Of a stretch of 64,000 bases of DNA, positions 18,050 through 27,489 are shown in pieces. The stretch is from an uncultured Candidatus Saccharibacteria bacterium (lineage in GTDB: Bacteria; Patescibacteriota; Minisyncoccia; Phycocordibacterales; Phycocordibacteraceae): assembly GCA_964569655.1 (NCBI GenBank), contig CAZMTN010000002.1, forward strand, positions 901 to 64,900, given 5' to 3'. The notes below the pieces were generated by a model. It did no database searches. It was not told where the DNA came from and saw nothing but the letters and a program-made list of their open reading frames with translations. A program made the position numbers and the translations under genes. How positions within the stretch are numbered: position 1 is the stretch's first letter; every line of letters begins with the position of its first letter.

Positions 18050-18262
18050 TTATTCCGCCGGGCCCGCTTCCTGGCCCGAGCCTGCCGGGACCGTGACATT
18101 GATGTCGAGGCCTCCGGTGTCTTCTGCCGGCGCAGCGCCGTACTGCATCCAGAGGAAGATGCCGGCGATGACGATGACCAGGATGACCACCGCTACCGCC
18201 CATCCTCCGTTCCCGCTCGCGCGGTCCACTACTACGGTTTCGTTGTTGTCGCTCATATGCAA
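18050..18262 (-). CDS. small membrane protein (70 aa)
   Basis: single TM (WAVAVVILVIVIAGIFLW); weak SD. Confidence 0.3.
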   Translation of the reverse strand: MHMSDNNETVVVDRASGNGGWAVAVVILVIVIAGIFLWMQYGAAPAEDTGGLDINVTVPAGSGQEAGPAE

Positions 18263-18330
18263 AGAGTTAAGGGTAACCGCACTCCTATAGTATAGCTCTG
18301 GCTGATAAAGGGTTTTGCGTGCCTTCGTTG

Positions 18331-18359
18331 TTGACTTTTTATGTAAAGCATGTGATACT
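18331..18359 (+). promoter_or_regulatory. sigma70-like promoter TTGACT-17-GATACT
   Basis: near-consensus -35 and -10 hexamers ~30 nt upstream of the AGGAG SD of 18388..18627. Confidence 0.4.
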
Positions 18360-18387
18360 CACATCTAGCAATTCAGGAGTTCCCCTA

Positions 18388-18627
18388 ATGGAAAGTGAGT
18401 CGAGTTTCGGCAAGAGTTTCGGTAACGGCTTCAGAAAGGGCCTGGGCAAAGCTGCCCAAACCGTCATCAGCATCATTCTCTTCCTTATCCTGGTCATCGT
18501 GATATTGCAGTTCATGCCGCAGGACGGGAAGAGCGAGTTCGGCCAGTGGCTCCAGAAGCCTATCACCGAGCTCAAGATATGGCAGCTTGCTGCCCTCGTC
18601 TGGTTCGCTTCGATCCTTAGCAAATAA
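18388..18627 (+). CDS. small membrane protein (79 aa)
   Basis: ATG preceded by AGGAG; one TM helix (VISIILFLILVIVILQF). Confidence 0.45.
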   Translation: MESESSFGKSFGNGFRKGLGKAAQTVISIILFLILVIVILQFMPQDGKSEFGQWLQKPITELKIWQLAALVWFASILSK

Positions 18628-18672
18628 TCGCTCAACGGAAGTCTCTCGACTCTGTTGGGCGATTTCTGTTTA

Positions 18673-19452
18673 TTACGCCTCGCTCGGCCTCCTCGTAACC
18701 ACCGTCGTCCCGCTCTCCTCTATCAAAATGGTGTGCTCGAAGTGGGCGCTCCTACTCCCATCCTTGGTCTTGTAGGTATATCCGTCTGCGGCCATCATGA
18801 CGCCGCCCTTCCCGATGTTTGCGATAGGCTCGAGGGCGAGCACCAGGCCCGGCTCGATCTCGGGCCCCGTGCCCGGGTGGCCGTAGTTCGAGATGAACGG
18901 CTCCTCGTGGACCTTGTCCCCGACGCCGTGCCCGCCGAGCACCTTCACGATAGAGAACTTAGTGCCCGCGTACGCGGTCTCGATTGCGTGCGAGATGTCT
19001 CCGGTGCGGTTCCCTACCTTCGCAGCTGCGATGCCCGCCTCGAGCGCTGCCTTCGTGGCGTCCATGAGGGCGTATGAGGCCTCATCGGTCTGGCCGACGG
19101 CTACGGTTACCGCAGAGTCCACCACGATGCCGTTATGGATGAGGCCGAGGTCCAAGGCGACGATGTCCCCTTCCTCGAGCACGCGGGCGCTATCGGTCGA
19201 GATGCCGTGGACCACTTCGTCGTTCACGGACACGCACAGGGTGGACGGGTACGGGCGCCCGGCGCCTTCTGGCGTGTACCCCTTGAACGCCGGCACGTCT
19301 CCGTTATCGCGGATCAATTTCTCAGAGAGCGCGTCGAGGTCGTGCACGGTGATGCCCGGCTTCACCGCATCCGCGACGGCTTCAAGCACTACGCCGAGGC
19401 GCTTGCCGGCTTCGATGAGGTCAGCACGCTGTTCCGAAGTGCGTACGATCAT
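18673..19452 (-). CDS. map: methionine aminopeptidase type I
   Basis: conserved MAP metal-ligand regions (DIVALDLGLIHNG, HGVGDKVHEEP, HFEHTILIE); start overlaps adk stop. Confidence 0.9.
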   Translation of the reverse strand: MIVRTSEQRADLIEAGKRLGVVLEAVADAVKPGITVHDLDALSEKLIRDNGDVPAFKGYTPEGAGRPYPSTLCVSVNDEVVHGISTDSARVLEEGDIVALDLGLIHNGIVVDSAVTVAVGQTDEASYALMDATKAALEAGIAAAKVGNRTGDISHAIETAYAGTKFSIVKVLGGHGVGDKVHEEPFISNYGHPGTGPEIEPGLVLALEPIANIGKGGVMMAADGYTYKTKDGSRSAHFEHTILIEESGTTVVTRRPSEA

Positions 19453-20021
19453 GCGAGTACCTTCAGGATGTCCTCGTGGATGGCTTCGCGGCTCTGCTCG
19501 CCGTTCACCTCGATGAGCTTCCCGTGCTTCCTGAAGAAGTCGAGCACCGGCTCGGTCTGGGTGCGATACGTATCGAAACGAGCGCGGACCTTCGCTTCGT
19601 CATCGGAATCCGGGCGATGCTCCTCCTTAGCGCGCTCGAGCATGCGGTTCAATGCCTCCTCTTCCCCTACTGAGAGATGGAGCACCGCGTACGGCCGGTT
19701 CATCCACGAGAGGACGCTGTCCGCGAGCTCCGCCTGCGCCACCGTGCGCGGGAATCCTTCGCACACTACTCCTTCGGACTGCCCCATGCCGAGCATAGCC
19801 TCCTCAAAGAGATAGGATGGGAACCAGTCCGGGATGAGGCCGCCGGCGTCATAGGTCTCGCGGACCCGCTCCCCGATCGGGCTCACCTCCTCGCGGATCT
19901 TCCGGAACACCTCGCCCGTGGAGAAATTCTTCCAGCCCCGTTTCTCGGCGAGGAGCTTTGCCTGGGTCCCCTTCCCGGAGCCGGGGCGTCCGAAGAGGAA
20001 GATGGTCTTGGTCTCGTTCAT
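19449..20021 (-). CDS. adk: adenylate kinase
   Basis: P-loop GRPGSGKGTQA, NMP-binding and LID regions; 190 aa. Confidence 0.9.
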   Translation of the reverse strand: MNETKTIFLFGRPGSGKGTQAKLLAEKRGWKNFSTGEVFRKIREEVSPIGERVRETYDAGGLIPDWFPSYLFEEAMLGMGQSEGVVCEGFPRTVAQAELADSVLSWMNRPYAVLHLSVGEEEALNRMLERAKEEHRPDSDDEAKVRARFDTYRTQTEPVLDFFRKHGKLIEVNGEQSREAIHEDILKVLA

Positions 20022-20030
20022 GTATTAAAT

Positions 20031-20609
20031 CTATATCTTCCCTTCCCGTATGGAAAGGAGTGCGGCGGTGAGCGCCTCCTTCGCTTCCTCGAGCTTGCCC
20101 GGGAGATTCTCCACGACCACGTCGGCCTGCGGCTTGAAGGGCAGCTCGTTATCATGGCGCTCCTTGCGCTTGGCGAGCTCGTCCTCGGAAATCTCCGCGC
20201 GAGCGCGTACGCGGCGCTCGTGTTCCTCCCATGAGCCGGCGTCCACGTAGACGATCTTCACGTCCTCGCGCGGCAGCTTCGCGAGTACCTGCCGGATGCC
20301 CTGCACTTCCATCTCCTTTATGATCAGGCGCCCGGCCGCCAGGCCATCCTCGACGTCTTTCTTCGGCGTCCCGTAGGAGCCCTTCTCCAGATGCGCATAT
20401 TCGATAAGCTCCCCGCCCTCCGCCATGGCGTCGAATGCCGGCTGGTCGATGAATGCATAGTCGGCATTCTCAAGCGCGGAGCGACGCGGGCGCGTGGTGT
20501 ACGTCCGGAGGTAGGAGATGTCCGGGAATGTCGCGCGGACATGCTCCATGAGCACGCTCTTGCCGCTCCCGGTGGGACCCATCAGGAGTATGAGCTTGCC
20601 GCGAGTCAT
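20031..20609 (-). CDS. gmk: guanylate kinase
   Basis: P-loop GPTGSGKS and guanylate-kinase signature TTRPRRSALENADYAFI; lies between secY and adk, an unusual position. Confidence 0.7.
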   Translation of the reverse strand: MTRGKLILLMGPTGSGKSVLMEHVRATFPDISYLRTYTTRPRRSALENADYAFIDQPAFDAMAEGGELIEYAHLEKGSYGTPKKDVEDGLAAGRLIIKEMEVQGIRQVLAKLPREDVKIVYVDAGSWEEHERRVRARAEISEDELAKRKERHDNELPFKPQADVVVENLPGKLEEAKEALTAALLSIREGKI

Positions 20610-20636
20610 ATATGCGTGAACTCTAGCACGCGCTGA

Positions 20637-21908
20637 TTAGTATTCGCGGAGCGAGACCTGCGCGTCGATCTTGCGCACGAGGTCGAGGACTACCTGGACG
20701 GCGATGAGGAGCGCGGTACCGCCGACGAGGATTGCCGTGATGCCGGTGATGCCCTGGACGATGAACGGCACGACCGCGACGAATCCGAGGAAGAGCGCGC
20801 CCGGCAGCGTGATGCGGTTCACGACGTTGCCGATGTAGCGCTCGGTCTCAGGACCCGGGCGGACGCCGAGCACGAAGGCGCCGGACTTCTGGAGATTGTC
20901 CGCGACGCGGTGCGGCTCGAAGGTGATCTGCGTGTAGAAGTACGTAAACATGACCACGAGCAGGAAGTAGACGGCCCCGTAGGCGTAGAGGTTGGCCGTG
21001 AAGGCCACGTACCACGCCTCAGCCGGCACGGCCCACCAGAAGCCGAACGAGGAGAGCGCCGCGAGGACCATCTGCGGGAGAAGGAGGAGCGAGAGCGCGA
21101 AGATGAGCGGGATCACGCCGGTCTGGAGGAGGCGGATCGGGAGGTAGGTAGCGCCTGATGCGGCGCCTCCGCCGCGCACCTGGCGGGCGTACGCGATCGG
21201 GATGGAGCGCTCAGCCTCGGACACGACCACCACCGCGTAGATGACCGCGAGGGCAAGCGCGAAGAAGCCGAGGTATGCCGGGATATCGGCTGCGGTCGCG
21301 CTGAAGAGCATCTGCGAGATAGCGCTCGGGATGCTTGCCGCGATACCGGCGAAGATGATGAGCGAGACGCCGTTGCCGATGCCGAACTCGGTAATGAGCT
21401 CGCCGATCCACATGAGGAGGATGGAGCCCGCAGCCACGATGAGGATGCTCGTGATGAGCTCGACGGAGGTCATCGGGAGGAGCACGCCTTGGGCGCGCAG
21501 GAACGAGAGGAACGCCGCCGCCTGGATGAGCGCGATCGGGATGGTGAGCTGGCGGCCCCAGTTCACGAACTTGGCGCGGCCGGCTTCCCCGTCCTCGCTC
21601 TGCATGCGCTTAACGGCCGGGAAGATGATGGTAGAGAGCTGCATCATGATGGATGCGGTGATATACGGACCCACGCCGAGCATCACGATGGAGAGGCTCG
21701 AGAAGCCGCCGCCGGAGAAGATGTTGAGGAGGCCGAAGAACTGATTATTCAAAAAGAAGGACTCGAGCGCGAAGCGGTCGACGCCCGGGATCGGCACGGC
21801 GGCGAGGAAGCGGAATACGGCGAACGCACCCAGGATGAAGAGGATGCGGTTGCGGATAGCGGAGTCGGAGAGGGCGGTGCCGAGCTTGTGGAAGAATGAG
21901 CTAAGCAT
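20637..21908 (-). CDS. secY: preprotein translocase subunit SecY
   Basis: 10-TM SecY with conserved N-terminal and plug regions; 423 aa. Confidence 0.95.
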   Translation of the reverse strand: MLSSFFHKLGTALSDSAIRNRILFILGAFAVFRFLAAVPIPGVDRFALESFFLNNQFFGLLNIFSGGGFSSLSIVMLGVGPYITASIMMQLSTIIFPAVKRMQSEDGEAGRAKFVNWGRQLTIPIALIQAAAFLSFLRAQGVLLPMTSVELITSILIVAAGSILLMWIGELITEFGIGNGVSLIIFAGIAASIPSAISQMLFSATAADIPAYLGFFALALAVIYAVVVVSEAERSIPIAYARQVRGGGAASGATYLPIRLLQTGVIPLIFALSLLLLPQMVLAALSSFGFWWAVPAEAWYVAFTANLYAYGAVYFLLVVMFTYFYTQITFEPHRVADNLQKSGAFVLGVRPGPETERYIGNVVNRITLPGALFLGFVAVVPFIVQGITGITAILVGGTALLIAVQVVLDLVRKIDAQVSLREY

Positions 21909-22347
21909 AGAGGACCGAGCCGCCGGCCTTCTCGATAGCGGCCTTGGCGGATGCGGAAACGACGCAGTCTGAGACGGCGAGTGACTTGGTGAGCTCCCCG
22001 GTGCCGAGGATCTTCGCCTTTACCGAGCGGCCGCGGATGAGGCCCTTCCTGGCGAGAGTGACCGTGTTCACGGTGTCCCCGGAAACGAAGGATGCCTCGA
22101 GCGCGGTGAGGTTCACCGGCATGTAGGAGATGCGGCTGGTGCGCACCGTGCGTGCGCGGTTCTTGCCGTGTCCGCGGCGCTTCGGGAGCTTCTTGATGCG
22201 GTCGCGGATCTCCGGGCGGATCTTGTGTCCCGCGCGGGCGGTCTGGCCCTTGCCGCCGCGTCCGGAAGTCTTGCCGCGCTTGCCGCCGCGTCCGACGCGC
22301 ATGCTGGTGACGCGCTTGGATTTTGCCTTGAGAGTGTTGAGCTGCAT
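21901..22347 (-). CDS. rplO: 50S ribosomal protein L15
   Basis: Gly/Arg-rich N-terminus (RVGRGGKRGKTSGRGGKGQ) and conserved C-terminal domain. Confidence 0.9.
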   Translation of the reverse strand: MQLNTLKAKSKRVTSMRVGRGGKRGKTSGRGGKGQTARAGHKIRPEIRDRIKKLPKRRGHGKNRARTVRTSRISYMPVNLTALEASFVSGDTVNTVTLARKGLIRGRSVKAKILGTGELTKSLAVSDCVVSASAKAAIEKAGGSVLYA

Positions 22348-22357
22348 ACGAAAATGA

Positions 22358-22948
22358 TTAGCCGCGCTTGTTGAGGGACTTCAGCGCTTCGACCGTAGCG
22401 CGGGCGATGGTGAGCTTGTTCTTGGTGCGGGTATGGATCTTGGTGACCACGTCGGTGACGCCCGCGAGCTCGAGCACGGTGCGGACCGAGGAGCCGGCCA
22501 CGAGGCCGCGGCCGCGGGACGGCATGATCTCCACCTCCGAAGACGCGTACTTCATGCGCACGTCGTGCGGGATGGAGTTGGTGTCGGTGCGGAGCACGGT
22601 GATCATGTGCTTCTTCGCGTCGCGAGTAGCCTTGTCGATAGCAAGCGCGGTATCAGCCGCCTTGCCGAGGCCGACGCCCACGCGCCCCTTCTTGTCGCCG
22701 ATGATGATCGCGACAGAGAAGTTGAAGCGGCGTCCGCCGGCCATCACGCGGGCCACGCGGCGCACGGCGATGTTCACCGAGTCGAACTCCGAGCGCTCGC
22801 GCGGAGAGCGCTCGCGTCCTCGTCCGCGGTTCCCTCCCGGGCGTCCGCTATCGCGGCGGCCGCCGCGCGGCGGGCGGGTGTCGGTAGCCGGAGCCGCAGG
22901 GGTTGCGGTTGCTGGGACGTTCGCGAGGATGAGTGAGTCAGAGGCCAT
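22358..22948 (-). CDS. rpsE: 30S ribosomal protein S5 (with ~55-aa Arg/Gly/Pro-rich N-terminal extension)
   Basis: S5 core VNIAVRRVARVMAGGRRFNFSVAIIIGDKKGRVGVGLGKA...; only a 10-nt gap to rplO, so no rpmD (L30) gene. Confidence 0.9.
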   Translation of the reverse strand: MASDSLILANVPATATPAAPATDTRPPRGGRRDSGRPGGNRGRGRERSPRERSEFDSVNIAVRRVARVMAGGRRFNFSVAIIIGDKKGRVGVGLGKAADTALAIDKATRDAKKHMITVLRTDTNSIPHDVRMKYASSEVEIMPSRGRGLVAGSSVRTVLELAGVTDVVTKIHTRTKNKLTIARATVEALKSLNKRG

Positions 22949-22954
22949 AATGTA

Positions 22955-23305
22955 TTAGAAAGTGAGTCCGCCCTCGCGCGCCGCGTCGGCGAGCGCCTTG
23001 ATCTGCGCGCCGTAGAGGTAGCCGCCGCGATCAAAGACGACCGCCGTGACGCCCTTCTCCTTCGCGCGCTTCGCTACTGCTGCGCCGACAGCCACCGCCT
23101 GGGTGCCAAGCGACCCCTTGAACTCGCGGCCGTGTGCAGACGCGAGGGTGGTGCCCTTGGTGTCGTCGATCACCTGCACCGAGATGAACTTGTTGGACTT
23201 GAAGACGGCGAGGCGCGGGCGGGCTTCGGTGCCGCTGATGCGCGCGCGAACACGCGCGTGGCGGCGCTCGCGAGCTGACTTGGTTCCGGTGGATGCGTTT
23301 TTCAT
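22955..23305 (-). CDS. rplR: 50S ribosomal protein L18
   Basis: conserved L18 sequence ([20 protein letters not shown]...). Confidence 0.9.
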   Translation of the reverse strand: MKNASTGTKSARERRHARVRARISGTEARPRLAVFKSNKFISVQVIDDTKGTTLASAHGREFKGSLGTQAVAVGAAVAKRAKEKGVTAVVFDRGGYLYGAQIKALADAAREGGLTF

Positions 23306-23310
23306 AGATG

Positions 23311-23844
23311 TTATACGGCCTTCTTACCCTGCTTGCGGAGGATGGTCTCGTCCGAGTAGCGGATGCCCTTGCCGAGGTACGGCTCAGGCTCCTTCACGGA
23401 ACGGACGTTGGCGGCGAACTGCCCGACCATCGCCTTGTCCGGACCCTCGATGGTGATGACGTTCTTCTCGACGGTGGCGGTGAGGCCTTCAGGCACCTGG
23501 AGCTTCACCTGGTGCGAGAAGCCGACGGTGAAGACGAGCTCCTTGCCCTTGAGCTCCACGCGGTAGCCGACGCCTTCGAGGATGAGCCCCTTCTTGAACG
23601 GAGTCTCGACGCCCTTCACCATGGAGCGGATGTGGGATGCGTAGGTGCCGGTGAGGGCCTTCGCGAGCTTCGAGGAGTTCTTCGGGGTGATGACCACGCC
23701 CTCCGGGGTGACCTCGATCTGGACGTAGTGGTGGACCGGCTTCGAGAGGGTCGCCTTCGCGCCCTTCACGGATACGGAGTCAGCCGTCGCGGTCACTTCG
23801 ACCTTAGCGGGGATGATGATGGGCTTCTTAGCAAGGCGGCTCAT
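23311..23844 (-). CDS. rplF: 50S ribosomal protein L6
   Basis: two L6 alpha/beta repeats; [17 protein letters not shown]... Confidence 0.9.
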   Translation of the reverse strand: MSRLAKKPIIIPAKVEVTATADSVSVKGAKATLSKPVHHYVQIEVTPEGVVITPKNSSKLAKALTGTYASHIRSMVKGVETPFKKGLILEGVGYRVELKGKELVFTVGFSHQVKLQVPEGLTATVEKNVITIEGPDKAMVGQFAANVRSVKEPEPYLGKGIRYSDETILRKQGKKAV

Positions 23845-23859
23845 ACGTACAAAAATGAT

Positions 23860-24252
23860 TTACCAGACCTCGAAGAGGTTCTCGCCGCCGGCGCGGACCT
23901 TGCGAGCCTCGCGATCGGAGAGGATGCCCTTCGGGGTAGAGATGATGCGGGCGCCGACGCCGTTCTTCACGCCGTGCGCTTCGCGGGCGTTCACGTAGAG
24001 GCGGCGGCCGGGCTTCGACACGCGCTTCACACCCTTGATGCGATGAGCCCCGTTCGCGTCGTACGCGAGGGTGACCTCGAGCATCTTCTTGTCTCCGGAC
24101 TTGGTGGCGACGTCAGCGACGTAGCCGAGCTCGCGGAGCTTCTTCGCGATAGCCTCGAGGTATGCGGAGTGCGGGAGGGATACTACTTCCTTCCCCACCG
24201 CTCCGGCGTTCTGAAGGCGGATGATGAAATCTCCGACGCGGTCGTTTACCAT
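23860..24252 (-). CDS. rpsH: 30S ribosomal protein S8
   Basis: [16 protein letters not shown]... conserved S8. Confidence 0.9.
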   Translation of the reverse strand: MVNDRVGDFIIRLQNAGAVGKEVVSLPHSAYLEAIAKKLRELGYVADVATKSGDKKMLEVTLAYDANGAHRIKGVKRVSKPGRRLYVNAREAHGVKNGVGARIISTPKGILSDREARKVRAGGENLFEVW

Positions 24253-24515
24253 GATGCTTTCTTAACGCCCGGGATCTTGCCCTCGCGGGCGAGGTTGCGG
24301 AACTCGATGCGGGACAGGCCGAACGGGCGCATGTATCCGCGCGGGCGGCCGGAGATCGCGCAGCGATTCTTGAGGCGGACCGGGCTCGAGTTGCGAGGGA
24401 GCTTCTGGAGGCCTTCCCAGTCTCCGGCAGCCTTAAGAGCCGCACGCTTTACAGCGTACTTCTCGACGAGCTTTGCCTTCTTGGCATTGCGGGCGATCTG
24501 TGAGGTTTTGGCCAT
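24246..24515 (-). CDS. rpsN: 30S ribosomal protein S14 (long, non-zinc form)
   Basis: start at internal [16 protein letters not shown]...; conserved C-terminus [39 protein letters not shown]. Confidence 0.85.
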   Translation of the reverse strand: MAKTSQIARNAKKAKLVEKYAVKRAALKAAGDWEGLQKLPRNSSPVRLKNRCAISGRPRGYMRPFGLSRIEFRNLAREGKIPGVKKASW

Positions 24516-24638
24516 ACAAAAAAAGCTCCGGGGAGCGTCAACCCAATGTATCATCTGGGTTCTAGGGCGTCAAACGGGGCTAAGATGAAGGGCGCAGCCG
24601 GGGGTGTACCCTGCTGCGCCCTGTGCTGTTTTGGCCCC

Positions 24639-25058
24639 CTATAAGAGGGCGAACGAGATGGCGGTGTCCTCCTCGTAGGGAGGCTCGGCCTCCTGGACCC
24701 GGATAGTCCGCTCGTTCTGCTCGCTCCACTGCACCGTGATGTCGAGCACGGAAAGCTTGTGCCATTTCAGCAGTTTCCTCACCTGGTCGAGGAGGTGCTG
24801 CTGCCCCTCGACGCTCAGATATCCGAAACGGCGGGAGATCTCAGCGGCCTTGAACTGGATATAGTTCACGTTCTCGTTCCTCGTAGAGAACGTGACCGAG
24901 CGATCCTGCCTGTTCGCCGGCCGCTTGCCGAGGAATGCTTCCACGGCCTCCTTGCGCAGCTCCGGCTTCGCAGCGAACAGGTCATTCAAGTGGCATTCGC
25001 CGATCCGTTCCCGGATCCTGAACGCAGGCGAGTTTAGTCCGTCTACTAACGTGTCCAT
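24639..25058 (-). CDS. uncharacterized protein, paralog A of a tandem pair inserted between rplE and rpsN (139 aa)
   Basis: ATG with AAGGAG SD; shares motifs with paralog B (GECHLNDLF vs TECHLHDII; LDITVQWSEQNERTIRVQEAE vs LDVEVEWGPESKRRIRAQEAG). Confidence 0.55.
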   Translation of the reverse strand: MDTLVDGLNSPAFRIRERIGECHLNDLFAAKPELRKEAVEAFLGKRPANRQDRSVTFSTRNENVNYIQFKAAEISRRFGYLSVEGQQHLLDQVRKLLKWHKLSVLDITVQWSEQNERTIRVQEAEPPYEEDTAISFALL

Positions 25059-25199
25059 GCTTACTCCTTACCCTGGGATGCTGCGACGCGGACGCACATA
25101 CGTCATGATCCTGGGTGTTTAAGCGTCCGGAGGCACCATAACAGAGCGTATTAGCAAAGTAAAAGGCGCGGCAGGATTTCTCCGCCGCGCCCATTGTTC

Positions 25200-25586
25200 T
25201 CAGATAAGAAAGAACCGCAGATCCCCTTCCCCGTGCTGCAGATTGGTCCTGTTGCCCGCTTCTTGCGCTCGGATGCGGCGCTTCGACTCCGGACCCCATT
25301 CCACCTCAACATCCAGCGTCTGGGATCGCTGGTCCTTCATGGCCGTCCGGACTCTGTACAAGAAGGCCTGCTGCGCGTCGATCGGCATCTTGAGATAGCG
25401 AAGCAGCAGCTTGGCATCCTTGAAATAGATATGCACTACTCCTCGGGTCTCGCTCCACCAAGGGTCAGCGACGCAGAAGAGGTCCTCTGAACGTTCGCCT
25501 TTGAAGGCCGCCTCGATATTCCGGCGGTTTTCCCCATCTCCGATGATGTCGTGGAGATGGCATTCAGTCACTGAAAGCGTCTTCAT
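25200..25586 (-). CDS. uncharacterized protein, paralog B of tandem pair (128 aa from internal ATG)
   Basis: internal ATG (MKTLSVTECHLHDII...) with GGAGAA SD; upstream track extension is low-complexity; same-strand as the r-protein operon. Confidence 0.55.
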   Translation of the reverse strand: MKTLSVTECHLHDIIGDGENRRNIEAAFKGERSEDLFCVADPWWSETRGVVHIYFKDAKLLLRYLKMPIDAQQAFLYRVRTAMKDQRSQTLDVEVEWGPESKRRIRAQEAGNRTNLQHGEGDLRFFLI

Positions 25587-25712
25587 TGCAGTTCTCCGGC
25601 TACGGGCTCTACACATGGACGCACATTGTGCATACCCGAGCGATAACGCGTCCGCCCGCACCATAGCAAAACGCCCCGGCGTTAGCCAGGGCGCTCTGTC
25701 TTCTTGTGAAAT

Positions 25713-26246
25713 CTACTTGCGGAACGGCACGCCGAGGTGCTTGAAGAACGCCATAGCATCCTTCTTGCTCTTCGCGCTCGTGACGATGGTCACGGCGAGG
25801 CCGAAGACGTCCTTCACCTCCTCATCTGAGGTCTCCGGGAAGATGGTGTTCTCCTTGATGCCGATGGTGAGGTTGCCCATCTCGTCTACCGCCGACGCAT
25901 TGATGCCGCGGAAGTCGCGGGTACGCGGGAGGGCGACGTGGATGAGGCGGTCGAGGAAGTCATACATGCGGGCGCCGCGAAGCGTGGTCTGGAAGCCGAC
26001 GGTGTCTCCCTCGCGGACCTTGAAGGACGCGATCGAGATGCGGGCGGCGCGGCGAGCGGCCTTCTGGCCGGTGATGCGCGCGAGCTTGCCCTCGATGAGC
26101 TCGAGGACCTTCTTGTCGCGCTTCTTGCCCACGCCGGTCGAGACGATGACCTTCTCGATGCGGGGAGCCGCCATGCGGTTCTTGTAGCCGGACTCCTCCT
26201 TGAGGATGTCGTAGGCGGCCTGAGTACGTTCTTTGGTAAGCATCAT
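25713..26246 (-). CDS. rplE: 50S ribosomal protein L5
   Basis: conserved L5 (YKNRMAAPRIEKVIVSTGVG... GNLTIGIKENTIFPE). Confidence 0.9.
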   Translation of the reverse strand: MMLTKERTQAAYDILKEESGYKNRMAAPRIEKVIVSTGVGKKRDKKVLELIEGKLARITGQKAARRAARISIASFKVREGDTVGFQTTLRGARMYDFLDRLIHVALPRTRDFRGINASAVDEMGNLTIGIKENTIFPETSDEEVKDVFGLAVTIVTSAKSKKDAMAFFKHLGVPFRK

Positions 26247-26253
26247 ACGCGTA

Positions 26254-26559
26254 TTAGTTAAGGGTGGTGCCGCTCTTCGTGACGCGGACGCGCTTGCCGT
26301 CCTTCATGACGCGCTTCACGCGGGTCGGCTTGTCCCCTTTCGGGTCCATGACCATCACGTTAGAAGCGTGGATCGGCATCGCGCGGTCGACGATGGTGCC
26401 GGACTGGCCGCGCAGGCGGGAGCGGGTGTGGCGCTTGTGCATGGACACGCCGTCCACGATGACCTTGTTGGTCATCGGGAAGGCCTGGAGGACGGTTCCC
26501 GTCTTCCCCTTGTCCTTGCCGGTCATGACCTTGACCGTGTCTCCCTTCTTGACCTTCAT
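26254..26559 (-). CDS. rplX: 50S ribosomal protein L24
   Basis: KOW-motif protein MKVKKGDTVKVMTGKDKGKTG...; start placed at internal ATG with GAGGT SD (alternative upstream start at 26631 would add a 24-aa basic extension). Confidence 0.8.
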   Translation of the reverse strand: MKVKKGDTVKVMTGKDKGKTGTVLQAFPMTNKVIVDGVSMHKRHTRSRLRGQSGTIVDRAMPIHASNVMVMDPKGDKPTRVKRVMKDGKRVRVTKSGTTLN

Positions 26560-26638
26560 CTTGAAGACCTCGACCTTGCGGGCGACCGGGAACTTCTTGT
26601 GGCGGATGTTGAGCTGAGTGTACTTTTTCATATATAGG

Positions 26639-27016
26639 TTATACGACCTCAGCGGCTACGCCGGCAATGCTGCCCCAGCCCTTCTCGGTGAGCTCGCGAG
26701 GCACCGGGCCGAAGACGCGGTTACCCTTCGGGCCCATCTCCTTTCCCTGCTTCTCGATGATGACGATCGCATTGTCGTCGAAGGAGACGTAGGATCCGTC
26801 CTTGCGGCGGAACGGCTTCTTGGTGCGCACCACGACGGCCTTGTAGATGTCCTTCTTCTTCACGAGCTTGCGCGGCTCTGCGGTCTGGACGGAGATGACG
26901 ACCACGTCGCCGATGGAGGCGTAGCGGCGCTTCGAGCCTCCGAGCACCTTGAAGATGCGCGCGACCTTCGCGCCTGAGTTGTCGGTTACCGTGACGATGG
27001 TTTGTGCCTGCAACAT
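26639..27016 (-). CDS. rplN: 50S ribosomal protein L14
   Basis: MLQAQTIVTVTDNSGAK... conserved L14. Confidence 0.9.
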   Translation of the reverse strand: MLQAQTIVTVTDNSGAKVARIFKVLGGSKRRYASIGDVVVISVQTAEPRKLVKKKDIYKAVVVRTKKPFRRKDGSYVSFDDNAIVIIEKQGKEMGPKGNRVFGPVPRELTEKGWGSIAGVAAEVV

Positions 27017-27020
27017 AAGA

Positions 27021-27296
27021 TTATTCGGCGTCTGCCGCGATTGCGGCCTTATCGATGGACTTGAGCGCGAAGCGCTTCAGCTTGGACATCGGGCGGCAGG
27101 ACACGATGGTGACCTGGTCGCCGACCTTCGCCGTGTTCCCTGCGTCGTGGACGAGGTACTTCTTGGTGCGGGTCTGGAACTTCTTGTACTTCGCGTGCTT
27201 CACGTAGCGGTCCACGGCCACGGTCATCGTGTCCTTCATGGCCGTCTTCACGACGGTGCCGGTGAACGTCTGGGGCTTTGGGGTGGTTGTTTCCAT
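27021..27296 (-). CDS. rpsQ: 30S ribosomal protein S17
   Basis: conserved S17 core (FTGTVVKTAMKDTMTVAVDRYVKHAKYKK...). Confidence 0.9.
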   Translation of the reverse strand: METTTPKPQTFTGTVVKTAMKDTMTVAVDRYVKHAKYKKFQTRTKKYLVHDAGNTAKVGDQVTIVSCRPMSKLKRFALKSIDKAAIAADAE

Positions 27297-27301
27297 AAAA
27301 G

Positions 27302-27487
27302 TTATGCGTTCTTCGCGAGGGCGGTGTTGATACGGGCGATGTCCTTGCGGAGCTTCGAGATCGCGGACGGATCCTTGGCGCGGGCGCCAGCGGCGTTGAA
27401 GCGCAGCGTGCGCATCTCGTCGCGGATCTCGGCGAGCTTCTTCTTAAGCTCGGCCGGGGCCATGGTGCTGATAGGGTTGGTTTTCAT
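27302..27487 (-). CDS. rpmC: 50S ribosomal protein L29
   Basis: 61-aa alpha-helical protein in canonical position between rplP and rpsQ. Confidence 0.85.
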   Translation of the reverse strand: MKTNPISTMAPAELKKKLAEIRDEMRTLRFNAAGARAKDPSAISKLRKDIARINTALAKNA

Positions 27488-27489
27488 AG

